Below, piece after piece: positions 1 to 12,208 of a stretch of 64,000 nt of DNA (its first letter is position 1; every line of letters begins with the position of its first letter). The notes under the pieces were generated by a model. That model did not search any database, was not told where the DNA came from, and saw only the letters and a program-made list of their open reading frames with translations. This DNA comes from Rotaria socialis. Its lineage: Eukaryota. The translations under genes and the position numbers were made by a program. The stretch is from positions 1 through 64,000 of the forward strand of contig CAJNYD010000117.1 of NCBI GenBank assembly GCA_905331295.1, given 5' to 3'.

Positions 1-2
1 AG

Positions 3-1181
3 TTGCAACTGATAAGTCCTTTAGTGTCCTTTGGATGTCTTTTACTTAATGAATTAGGTCAAATTGAGCGGGCAAAATGTTATTTTAGCAAACTACTTCA
101 CAGTCTGCCATCAGACCATCCGGATATATCGTCCATCCAAAACAATCTTGGTAATGTCTATAGTGCGAAAGACGAATTGAATCTGGCGCTAAAATATTAT
201 GAAGAAGCTTATCGGAAACGCCGATCGACATTGTCTGAAAACCATCCACTTGTTGCTTCATCGTTAAACAACATTGGACTGATTTACAAAAATAAGGGAG
301 ACTTTGATCGCGCGCTTGACTATCTTCATCAAAGTTTGGCTATTGATGAGAAGAACTACCCTGGTGATCATTCCAGCAAGGCTCTCTACCTTGAAAATAT
401 CGGTCTTACATACCAATCAAAAGGAGATATTGATAGTGCACTAGCCTGGTTCAAGCGTGCTTTTGGCATGTATACAAGAGTTTTACCAGCTCCACATCCG
501 TATATCGCTAGTGCTCTAGGAAATCTTGGGTCAGTCTACGAAAAAAAAGGAGATCTGGATCGTGCTATCGACTTTTATCGTCAACGTTTGGAGATGGCAG
601 AAGAATGTTTACCACCAGGTCATCCTGATCTCTCTTCATATCTGAACCGAGTAGCTCAAACTTACAAGAAGAAGAACGATAAGAAGACGTCATTAATGTT
701 TTGTGAAAAACAATTAGCTTCACAGAAGACAATTCTAGGGGATAAGCATCCACGAATTGCTTCGACGCTCATGACAATAGGCGATATCTGTGAAGGTGAA
801 GAGACACGTCGATACTATGAAGAGGCTTTATCAGTCCTCGAAAATTGTACTCCTTGTAGCGAATTAACACTCATTGATTGCCTCACAATGCTCGGTGCCA
901 TCGCTCTTGATGACGAAAGATTGGAAGACGGTATCGCTCATTGGAAATATGTTCTAGATGTTCGACGTCGAATTCATTCTTCTGATCACCCGGCGATTGC
1001 TGAGCAGCTGCAACGTTTAGGAGAAGCATATTTTGAAGCAATGCATAATTATCCAGAAGCGTTTCGATATTTCTCGGAAAGTCTGGCCATCTACCGAGCA
1101 AACTACGGGGATCAACACAAAGATGTCATTGAAGTGAAAGAATATCTCCGACAAGTGAAAGAAAAAATGGCCGACTCTTAA
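3..1181 (+). CDS. TPR-array protein (kinesin-light-chain/nephrocystin-3-type 42-aa TPRs), 5' end outside window
   Basis: Intronless ORF with ~42-aa repeats HPDISSIQNNLG, HPLVASSLNNIG, HSSKALYLENIG, HPYIASALGNLG, HPDLSSYLNRVA, HPRIASTLMTIG, HPAIAEQLQRLG; stop TAA 1179-1181. Confidence 0.9.
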   Translation: MQLISPLVSFGCLLLNELGQIERAKCYFSKLLHSLPSDHPDISSIQNNLGNVYSAKDELNLALKYYEEAYRKRRSTLSENHPLVASSLNNIGLIYKNKGDFDRALDYLHQSLAIDEKNYPGDHSSKALYLENIGLTYQSKGDIDSALAWFKRAFGMYTRVLPAPHPYIASALGNLGSVYEKKGDLDRAIDFYRQRLEMAEECLPPGHPDLSSYLNRVAQTYKKKNDKKTSLMFCEKQLASQKTILGDKHPRIASTLMTIGDICEGEETRRYYEEALSVLENCTPCSELTLIDCLTMLGAIALDDERLEDGIAHWKYVLDVRRRIHSSDHPAIAEQLQRLGEAYFEAMHNYPEAFRYFSESLAIYRANYGDQHKDVIEVKEYLRQVKEKMADS

Positions 1182-1405
1182 TTCAACTTCTACTCTTGCC
1201 TATTCGAATACTTGATTAACTTGAGTTTTTCCTAATTTTGACAATTTACATAAAATACACCTCAAAAAGCAAATTGGGTGTGGGTGAGAAGTTACCTGAA
1301 TATAACATTAATCCCTTCACTCGCCGCACCTCCACAACTACACCCTCTTGTGTTGAGTATTATGGCACGATATAAATCCGTGTTCAGACTAAATTTTCAT
1401 GTGTT

Positions 1406-2627
1406 TCAACGTGCTGACGCTCGTTTAATAATTGTATATCGAGTAAAAAACACAAGAAATAGGACAACACCAATAAAAGCGATCAATAGAAAATAAGAAA
1501 TAACTATTGACGCTAATGCACAATACACAACAGTTTTATGACACCAAATATCGGGATCTTCTAAAAGTTGTTCAAAATGCGGCGGATATCCTATAGTTAG
1601 AAACCAGTATTGACCAAAGAAAAACCAAATGACAAGAAATGATGTCATTAGACCATCAATAAATGCATGGCCATCATTATGATTCGATGATGTTTCTTCA
1701 TCAGTTAGACGTTTCTGTTGTAAACGATATTTATGCCAAATACTCTGAAGAAGCTTTGTAGTCGATACGATACCAGCTACAAATAAATAAATTGGCAAAT
1801 TTGTTTGACGTGGACAATCACCTAAATGGCTAACGCCTAAATAAAAATGCTTAATCAACACTGAATACGGAAAAAATTTCCATCATACCAATTCCCATCA
1901 TTATAATTGGAAGAACAAGAATAACACACAGAAAACCTGTTGCTTCTTCTATAAAGATGTATGAAAGAGAAAATATTTTTTTATGATTGAAAATTACTTG
2001 TTTTCATAAGTACTAGAACAGTTTTTTTAGCAAATTCAAGTAGAGATTCTGATTCAGTATATTCTTCAATCAAACGTGATCTTAAACTCCAATAGAATGG
2101 CGTTTCTTTAGGAAAATCAATACTCCATCTTGAGCCATTCTACAGAAGTCAAACATAAAATTACCCAAACAAGAACAGAATTTTTTGCATACTTTTTTGC
2201 CCGCTGCATTTCTTGATGTTGCATCCCAATTAAATAGTGAGCCAAGTGATTGTCGATCTATTATACTTTCCATTCGATTACCAATAATAGAATGTGCCGA
2301 TGATGTTCGCCTACGTTTACTAGCACAAGAATTTCTTGTCTTCATAAATTGCATTGTGCTACCATCGGATGTCGACGTCCGACTGCTTGGATAAGGTGTT
2401 GGCGGTGGAGATGGAATAGGTGACAGTAACATAATTCGATTCAATGACGCAGAAAACCGGTTAGACGATGACGATGATGATGACAACGGACATTGTGATG
2501 ATCCTCGACACATTGTATTTCGACGATGGGAAAACGACGCAGCACGTCTTTGTAATTCTAATTGTGAACAAACAACACTTTCAAATGTTAAAGAATTTTT
2601 GCCGTTTCTCTGTAGTGCCGATAACAT
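1406..2627 (-). CDS. TMEM272-like multi-pass membrane protein with long Ser-rich N-terminal extension (4 exons)
   Basis: Spliced reading ...AAGKK|NGSRWSIDFPKETPFYWSLRSRL...LMKT|KEATGFLCVILVLPIIMMGI|GVSHLGDCPRQTNLPIYLFVAG...FLVIWFFFGQYW...WCHKTVVYCA; the CP-x-P-x-YL, WF-x-G-x-W and C-x-K motifs are typical of TMEM272; all introns GT-AG and in phase. Confidence 0.75.
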
Positions 2628-3320
2628 TTTATTCGCATGTTAGACATGCAGCATTATGAAAAAAACAATTGTTGTTAAATTAAAGAAAATCTGAAGAAGA
2701 AAAAAAAACAATGCGGCATCATCACACACGTAAATGAATGTTGAGGCCTCAAGTGTTCATTTATTTCAAGGGAAAATAAATTAGTTGCATTTCAATATTT
2801 TTCTATTTGAAACTTTCTTCTGAGTTTTTGCATACAAGAAAAAAAGATCAATATTCTTCTTATCTTTGTTCGAGACGCAATGCTTTATAGAAACTTAATA
2901 ATGTTTTATATTGTTTCATGTCTTATTTCTTACTTCATTTCATTTTCTTTTCTTCTCCATTAACTCATTGAATTTGATAGATGATTCCTAATGATACGAC
3001 TAGTAACAATTCTAATTTTTTCACTATTCATTCTATGACGCCATCATCGCGAACATTCGCTCTATTCTTTCTCTCAAGTTGCCGTCGCGTTTGACTTCTA
3101 TGTATATCTCCTATGAAAATTTGATTACCAATGTACCATCGATCACAAATCGACATGCATCCTTTTCTTCCTATTTGTCCGATTGTAATATACACGCACG
3201 AAAGACGAGACGAAGAAACAGTAAATCATGACATCTTATCAGCTAGTATATATAGATACGATTTTTAATCGTAAGAATAATGTGATTTAAAGCAATGCAT
3301 CTCTCTTGGGTGATGTGTCT

Positions 3321-4197
3321 ATGCATGCTGACATGGCTAAGTGCGGTTCTATTTATATATTCTATTTCTTACTATTTTATATGTTTGGCTTAGGTCGATT
3401 CTCACTTGTTAAAGCTGATGATTATGATGTTCATGAAATGGGATATGACGACGAAACTACAACAATCCGAATGAGTAAGAAAATAGAATGTTTAACATTC
3501 GAATAGCTGAGAGGTGAAATTCCAGGTTCTCGACCGAAATTGAAAACAACAACACAACATGCGAAAACAACAGTTTATATTCATGTGGAACATGATGAAG
3601 ATTATGCGGACGTGTCTCACGAGGAGAAAGAGGAGGAGGAGGATCACATCCATCATACAACATCTGCAATAACTAAATTATCATCAACTTCCACAATAAC
3701 AGTCACTACACAGGTGATAACTGAACCACCTACAACAACAACTGCATCATCATCTTCTTCTACAACACGACCTACTACACATGCGATAACTAAATTATCA
3801 TCTTCCACATTAGGAGTCACTACACAAACGATAACAAAAATACCAGTGACATATTCTACTTGGCACTTTACACGAATCTATAATATTGATCCAGACGAAT
3901 TCGAAACTAGTACGCTAAGTCCTGAGCAAATCGCTGCTTATCGTGCTAAAATACGTAGGAAATAACTTTTAAAATCTATTCATTTCTAATCACATTCTTC
4001 TATTTTCTATTGAAGGTCGAGATCGGCTATTACTCAAAATCTTCGCTATTGGAGTTGTCGTCTTTATGCTAAGTTTATCAGTTGCATTCATAGCTATACA
4101 TCTGGTACGAAGAAAAAATCGCTATAATGGATATCGCACACCAGCTAATATTCCGTCCAGTGGACATTCAACAACTTTTACCAATACTTCATCATAA
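3321..4197 (+). CDS. Mucin-like type I membrane protein (signal peptide, His/acidic patch, Thr/Ser-rich stalk, one TM, short tail); 3 exons
   Basis: MAKCGSIYIFYFLLFYMFGLGRFSLVKA signal; in-phase introns (donor gtaaga ~3474, acceptor tccag 3525; donor gtagga ~3955, acceptor tgaag ~4016); TM IFAIGVVVFMLSLSVAFIAIHLV followed by RRKNR; stop TAA 4195-4197. Confidence 0.75.
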
Positions 4198-4731
4198 ACA
4201 GGATTAACAAAAGAAAACAATTGCCTTTCTTTCAGCATGGATGTGAAACAATACTACTCACGCAAAATAAAAATTTTATAAAAAAAAAAGAAAAAAAGAA
4301 GAACATTTCCAGGGTAATCGCACGTCAAATATCTTAACATAATCAAAGAAAACAAAAATTAATAGCATCTTTCTATTCAGAGAAGAAAAAAGGCACGAAG
4401 TAAAAACATTCTCTCGAGCAGAGTCGTCTTAATGCCAACGTCGTGATCGTTTATATTCTTTTCGATTAAAACAAGAACATTTAATTAGTTTCTTTTGTTG
4501 ATTCTATTCAATAGCAATATTCTTTGTAATTCAGCGACATATAAATAGAAGTTCTTGGTTTTTGCTCTATTCAAAATTCAATTTTATACCGGAAGAAAGA
4601 AGTGTGAAAAAGCCGGATATGACTTTTATGAAAATAGAGAGAAGGAAAGGGCGCCTATTAAATTTTTCTACTTATTTTTATACACAAGTGAGTTGATTAA
4701 AGCAAAATCAAAAGAAAACAGCAGCAAGTTC

Positions 4732-7700
4732 ATGGACGAATTTCAGAAATTTCCTGAACCGGATAATCCTACTAATGCATTTTCATCGCCTGCACATATC
4801 GAATCTGAAGCACCGGATTCGAAGAGTACACTTGAAAAACTTCAATCAATAGAAGACGATCTCAATACGATAAAAAACATATCTCATCACACAATCGAGA
4901 GTAATCACGATGCACAAGAGCATACTTTTCAGAATGATATCAATCAGGAAAACAGCTTTTCCATCGATGAATTAATAATATCTTTCGATGATAACAATGA
5001 AATAATGAATAAAAAATTAAAATATCTAGAGCTCGAATGCGAAAGAGCTCAACAAATAACGACACATTTTCAAAAGTAAATCAATCTCTAAAACCTCGCA
5101 GTTAATTTCTCTTTTCTAGTCAATTAATTTCTCTGAAAAGTGTCGGTGAAAAATTAGGTCGATTTTGTCATAGCTGTCGATCTCTAATTGTTTCTGCTAT
5201 GAATATTCGTCAAAATACAAGCATGTTCACTTGCCACGAATTTGAAATGTTGACATTGTATGCGCCGGATTCAAATTCTATCACATCCGATATTACTGAC
5301 GCACTACTTGACAGACGATCCGATGAAAATCTCGTAGATAATTATAAGCATCGACTAGAATTTTCTCGTTCAATAATGAATCTGTTTAAACAAGCAACTA
5401 AACTTCGACTGAAAATCTCGACGTTAAATGATATTTTAATGAAATCCGTTCTATCGAAAAATGAATGCTTTAATGAAATCGAACAAACGCTGCGTTTACC
5501 ATCGAATATATTTAATAAAAATCCTCTATACGAACTATTTCTCTATGAAATCACAACGGCAACTGTCAAACAAGATGTTTATATTCGTTGTCTCCGTGGA
5601 GAATTAACGCACAATGACATACACATTAGTTGTACCGAAAATTCAAAACATTTACTATCGCAAATGGATTATAACGCATGTGAAAAATATTCGCACATAT
5701 TCGATATTGAATTCAAACGAGCGATTACGTCTATTGATCAATTAACTATAGCATTACCTTGCTGTGCCTTACCTGATACACTGCTGCAATCGCAACAAAA
5801 AATTTACGTTCGATGCAGTAAAAAAAGATTTTCTATGGAAATAAAATCAAGCTCACTTAGCTATATTTAGAGCGCATCATGGATCCATTAATTCATATTC
5901 CGGCAAACATAGAAACATACAATGATGTTTCCTATGCTGTCTTTCGTATCTCACAATCGTTGGGAGCGATTTCTGTCGAAGCTGCTCTTTTCTATCCATT
6001 TGAAGTGTTACACGTATCGCCTGACAGTAAGATTTTCTTTTGATTTGTTATCTCTCGAACATGAGCAGTCACACAAGAAGCTTGCCTGATAGTCTTTTTC
6101 GCACCGGGGAATATTAAGATTTATCCAGGGAAGACAGCCATTTTTATATGTTTGAAGATTTAAAATGGGTATGTTCAGTTAGCGGACAATATCCCTTTGG
6201 CAACTTCCGATCTGGTATCCATATGGGATTAATAAGTAATTGACACCGGTAGACTTGTTTTGCTAAAAAAAAGAAAAACTTGCGACTCCATCAGATCTTT
6301 CCATATTTGAAAAGTAATAAAACGAAATGAATATATAGAATAAAAACCAGATGGCAACATCGACTTGTCACTCATTGCGGTTGAATCGATATGCATAAGT
6401 GACAGTCGTCATCTGAATGAAAGCTCACTCAACAGAACTGGGGTTAAAAAGAATTTTTAATAATATTTTTTCTATGCAGCTAGTGAATGACTTTTCTCCA
6501 AAGTGTCAAGTAAATTATAAATTTGACGCCGTCAATTGATTTTTATGCAAAAAACAATAGTAGTTTTGAATAACTGATAGATCGTTACCATCTGACATTC
6601 TCTATACGGCACTTTCAAATGTTTATATTCATCAAAAATGTAATAGGTTCATCTTCTGTCTATACAAGTGAATATTCATCGATATTTCATATTGAAACGC
6701 CTAAAAATTATTTCACTCGTCCTCCACGAATTCGTATAATACCATTCAACAATGAACTAATTCGATGTATGACTGGTATGAGTAGACATTCTTGTTTCGA
6801 CTTTTATATTTTCGTCGGTCTTCGTAGCTCTAAAAAGTGAAGATCAACTGTTGGCTTCATCGGATTTAATAGAATTTGAATGGTATAAAGAATCGAAAAC
6901 CGAAGGCATCATAACTATGACAGTTCAATTGACTCGATATTTTAATGTATTCAATGAAACAGATGATGACCTACAGAAACGTCGCCGAAAAGCTCAACGT
7001 ATTTAAAAAAAGATTTTCATGAAAAACATTTTTAAAAATTTTCTTTTTTGTAGAAAAAATTCTTGTACAGCGTAGAAAATTTGAACAAGAAAAATACGAT
7101 GAAGCTGGCGGCTCATTAAATGCAACCCCAACATCAACGAATCGATTGAATTCACCGTCGGTGATGTCCCAATTGCCAAGTATAGCAGCTATTCTCGACC
7201 AAGTGAAGATAAATAATCAAGAAAATCTTATTAAAACAAAATTTACTATCAACCGGGAGGATATTTCTCAAGCGGGAACATCGAAAAAGTCACCATTCAA
7301 TTGGAAACTTGATGGTTTTAAAAATGAAAATGCTCCTATTATATTACTTGGTTATAAAAATCGAAAATGGAAAAATTGTAATAATTTCGCCACTATTGCA
7401 CGAGTAGCTGATAAAGACATTTACATGATCAATTTAGTGAGAATTCTTTTGAAGTATTGCTTTGGAAATAAAATATTTTGATATAGACAGCACTACTCGA
7501 TCGAATCATTCTTATTCGTTGTTGGCCGGAATCAACGAATGAAGGAAAATTTGATAAATTAGCCGAGAATCTTTGGTCATTAACGTCAGCAAAATTATTT
7601 TCTTGTGTTCTAGCTCGAGATCCATCATGGGCTAATTCGTTTGGTCATTATGCACTTATGATTGTACCGGTACAAGATCAACGATTAGCCGAAGATATTC

Positions 7701-8947
7701 TTCGCAAACGAAATTATACCGAAAATATTTTTGACGAACATTTATTTAATGATAGTGAGAGCAAAACACAATTACAGAAAATAAATCAGCATCAATCACA
7801 TCATTCATTATCAATACGGAATTCATTTCGGAGCAACGCAAAATATGTTCAATTTTGTCTATCCGAAGGAGCTTGTGTAAGATATCATAGGCTTAGAAAA
7901 GCGACTGTTTGGTGGAATACGTTTTAGTTTAGGTAAGAATTAGACCTATGGGTAATATTGACGTGCATGAAAAGGGTAAAATTGAATTCAATAGGATTTT
8001 CTTCTAACTCTTCAAACTCTATTTCCGTTTAGTCGATTTAAGTTTTCGACTACACGCTCGATATCCTGTTGTTGTTGAATTCGACATTTATCCAATTGAT
8101 ATTTATCGTCAAAAGACCGATGATGATTTTATTGGAACACTCAATCTCTACGAAATAAATGCACATAACACCACTGTTGGATCGACGAGTAGTACACTTG
8201 TGAGTGAAGCTATCAGAGAACGATTTGCACTTTGTTTTCTAAATAAAATTTAGACCGCGACGGTTGTCTCTTCGAGAACGTCATCGGATTTGAAAGATAT
8301 TGACACAACGGATAGTATACCAAATAATTCATCGCCACGAGTGTCTTTCAGTGGGCCGGAAACAATAAGTAATACTGGAGGTACAAGTGGCCGATCGGGC
8401 TTTGAACGGTTAACAGCTCGGGATCTTAATGATGCAAATATTATATGTGCTATTCGTATTCGCTTACCGAAAGCTGCTTTTCAATTGCCATCTTCACAAT
8501 CGCAAATGATTCCATTTAGTGTACCGAACTTTTTTACGGCAAGACAATCACCGTCAATTGCCTGGCTAAATATTTTTTGTTAAATTCTAGGGAATCATCG
8601 AAGCATTGACTGAGGATAAACGTGAACTGGCCGAAGCTCTGAATATACATCCGTCTTTGATGAATCCACTGTTCGCGTCTCGAACATCGCAACGGCAACC
8701 TTACTCTCAATCAACGACATCGTTATATGGAAATTCAAAAGTGAATTTATTGAAGGACAGTTCCGCGAAATTAGAACAGACAAAACTTGAAAATGAAACA
8801 TTACTAAAATGGCTAAAACGGCAGAACGCATTCAAAACAAATCACACTATAGAAAATATTATTTCAGCTTTGATTCATATCGGCCGTGTTGATTTGGCGT
8901 ATAGGTTTAAAATTGATGATTTAAGATATAAATGTCAAAATGTTTGA
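4732..8947 (+). CDS. Multi-exon protein with probable ZU5/UPA-like region and C-terminal death domain (DTHD1-like)
   Basis: Chain of ORF fragments separated by short GT-AG introns; C-terminal LLKWLKRQ...TIENIISALIHIGRVDLA is a death-domain helix 5-6 pattern; LTIALPC resembles ZU5. Family assignment is inference. Confidence 0.55.
6348..6594. mobile_element. Degenerate MITE-like element in an intron of the DTHD1-like gene
   Basis: Inverted repeat CAGATGGCAAC (6348-6358) / GTTACCATCTG (6584-6594) with 1 mismatch and partial inward extension; no clear TSD. Confidence 0.35.
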
Positions 8948-9363
8948 TAGACACTATCAATTCTTTTCCTTTTTTTGTTTTCACAAAATATGCATTGCCG
9001 AGCATATGTCAATCAAAGTACATGTATATAAACAATCTACACGGAAAAACCTTGAGCTTCTTCATGCATCGAATAATAACCTTACTTAAATTGACAATTA
9101 TATAACTAATAGCAGCAATGTCTTTCCAAGTTTGTCGAGATAATAAAACTCGAAATCAAATGGTGGCGTGTTAACTTTTCAAACATATCGTGTGTTCTTG
9201 TTGCATTGATTTCTTTTTGATTCTCCTACGAGAATGAGTATAAAATTTATGATTTATAATGTACTGCACTCTATTGACTACCTGCATCTATTGGTACGCG
9301 TCATTTTTCATCTGATGAATCACCTGCATGCGCTAGCGCAAATCTTTCTTCCATTCATAAAAA

Positions 9364-11347
9364 ATGAAATCGTTACTCTTCGTTTATTTGTTAATTCAAA
9401 TTTTTGCAGTAGCTGCTCAACCATCCGAAGGTAAATCAGATCTCATTTATTTTTCTCCTTTCAGAGAAGTCTTTTGTTAGATCCAGAAGATGCGAAAGAA
9501 TTTATTCCAACAAACGAATGGCAAACGATTAGCGAAGGTATTTTTGTAGAATTAATAAATAACGATATGAATTTATTTTCTCTATTTTTTTAGGGCAACA
9601 AATTCCACCTGGTCTTCATATTCGATTGAATCTCGAAACTGGCCTTCGAGAAGCTAAACTTTTGGGCAATAACGAACAAAAATCAACATCGAATGAAATC
9701 ATCGCGGTTTCACCTGGTAGGTTAAGAAAACTGAATTAAATGAAAAACAAAATTCGATTTTTCTTAAGAAGCAGATCAAGAAGAAATCAGTCGAAAAAAT
9801 CTTGAAAAAGCTTTTGCTAATCTTGATTTAAGCAAAGATGATGTTCAAAGTGATGAAGTAAGATTTCAGTTAGAACAAATATATCGTCTAAATACTGTTT
9901 TTAAAAATATATTTAGGCACACGAAGAAGACATCCGCCAGCGATTTCGTCCATATGACGAATTAAAAAAAGAGTTCGAATCGTTGAATATGAAAATTCAA
10001 ACCGATCAAGAAATTTTAGTGACTCTGATCGACCAATTAAATAAAACCGATAATGATGATAATACAAAAACAATTCTAACCGATCTCGAATATTATCTAC
10101 ATCAAGTTCGCGTCACTTCCTTTTTTTTCTAGAATCTAATTCTTACTATTTCAGTATGATAATGCAATACTCTTCGCTGATATGAATGGCCTCGACTTAC
10201 TCATCGCTTTACTCAATTCTACAAATACCGATGCTGAAATTCGAAATTTAGCCAGTCTTGCACTAGGCGCAGCTTTTCAAGGGTAAATCAAGTCCCCCAC
10301 AGACGATAGAGTCGAACGCATGTTCTATTTTGTTTTCTTTACGATTTAGAAATCCTAAAGTTCAATTGAAAGCATTACAAAGCAACTGTATGCAACATCT
10401 TTTACATCTGTTAAATATAGAATCAGATGATAATATAATTCTCCGGCTTCTTTTTGCACTATCAACTTTATTGAGAAATTTTCCGGCAGCTCAAAAAACT
10501 TTCCTCGAACATAGTGGCGCAGAATTAATGATTAAAATGCTCGATCTAAACAATAAAATAGCTGTACGAGCTCTTACGCTTATGAATGATTTAATTACTG
10601 AAAAAGTAAGCTGCGAAAAATAACGGAGGGTTTCTTTTTTCGAAAACTACTTTTGTCGTCTAGAACCATGCGATGGATATCAAAAAAGAAGCATATGAAA
10701 AGTAAGTAAGAATTCTCACTGTAATCTGATGAAGAACTGGTAGCTAATTGCGACGACATTCGTTAGAATGCCTGTGCTTTTATCCTGATGTATCTATGAT
10801 TGAGCTATTAAAGCAAAGCTCACAGCTGCAGCTTGCCCTTTCCCATCAAGATAGTAAATAATCAGGATGTAACATTTCGCACAGAATAGTTTTTTCTCAA
10901 AACAGATTCTTGTACAAAAAACCAGCGTTACCATTCATTTAAACTCCAACAGACTTGTCGAATTCGCCCACAATACATCAGATGAAATAACAAATACTGA
11001 TATTAATAACAATACATTTTGCTCTTTTATAAGCAGTATTTTATTGTATATATCATTCTAGCTTACATATACTCAATCAACTAGTTGATTACGGTTGGTG
11101 TGCTCGTATTTCCAGTCGATTGGCATTGTTGTTCGATACAGATAATTTCGATCATATTGACAAAACAATAAACGCCATGATACCATTGATTGATATTTGT
11201 CGCGCAGATTTCATTCACCTGATATCAACACTCGACAAATTCAATACGATTTATAAACACAACAATCTAAACGACTATGCGGATATTTTCAATAATATAC
11301 AGATACTCTTAACGCAATTACGGCAAAGATCAACGGACGATTTGTAA
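9364..11347 (+). CDS. SIL1: Nucleotide exchange factor SIL1 (ER BiP co-chaperone)
   Basis: Signal peptide MKSLLFVYLLIQIFAVAA; signature [61 protein letters not shown]; C-terminal TDDL*. Confidence 0.92.
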
Positions 11348-11980
11348 TCGTTTTCCTGCTGTGCATGATCTTTATTCTAGTCTTATTTGTTTTCTTTGAT
11401 TCGTATCATAATGTTTTTTTTTGTTAAATAAAAACGAGACACAAACAATCGTATCTGATTTTTCCATAGGAAAATTTCATTGAGAACAAAACTGATATAG
11501 ACTTGTTTCTCTTGTTGTTCTACATGTAAACGCATATATAAATAATTAGCCTTGGATTAAACTTCTGCCAGAATAAAGATACAAATACAACGAGGAAAGA
11601 AAGTCGTCCTACTAACTACATTGTATATTTTTTTTGAGATATCTGTCGTTCTTCTTTTTTTGCTTCTCAGTTTAAAGACCAATAACATTCTAGCAAGTTG
11701 TATGTCTAGAATAATAACCATAGGAAAAAGAAAAATTCTTTTCTCATTCGTACCAGATTAGGTCTCGCTCGTTGTTTGCTTGTGTGTATATGCCAGGGAG
11801 CGAGAGAAGAAATATGAGATCGTTTTAGTGTACACCACGGCCGTGCTACTTGCCGGAAAAGAAATATATATATATATGTACTGTACGGTGCGTGTACATG
11901 CTAAACGTTAACTAAGCGAGAGAGAGAGGCGAAAGAAGAAAAAAAACTGCACTAATATCAGTAGCGGTTATCCGGCTTTT

Positions 11981-12002
11981 CTCTCTCTCTCTCTCTCTCT
12001 TC
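11981..12002. repeat. (CT)n microsatellite upstream of the myosin light chain gene
   Basis: ctctctctctctctctctct seen directly. Confidence 0.9.
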
Positions 12003-12208
12003 TACTCGTCATCGTCCTACGTTTGTGTAATATAGCACCAAAATAGGCAATTCTCGTTGTAGCAGCACCGTCAACAACAAAAACATTACCAAGTAGAGAG
12101 AAAGGAAGATAAAATCGGGTGCTCTTTTGCTTGCAATCATCTATTGTGGTAAACTACTTGTGCATACGATACACACGATCCTTCTCGTACACGCAGCTAA
12201 ACTCAACA

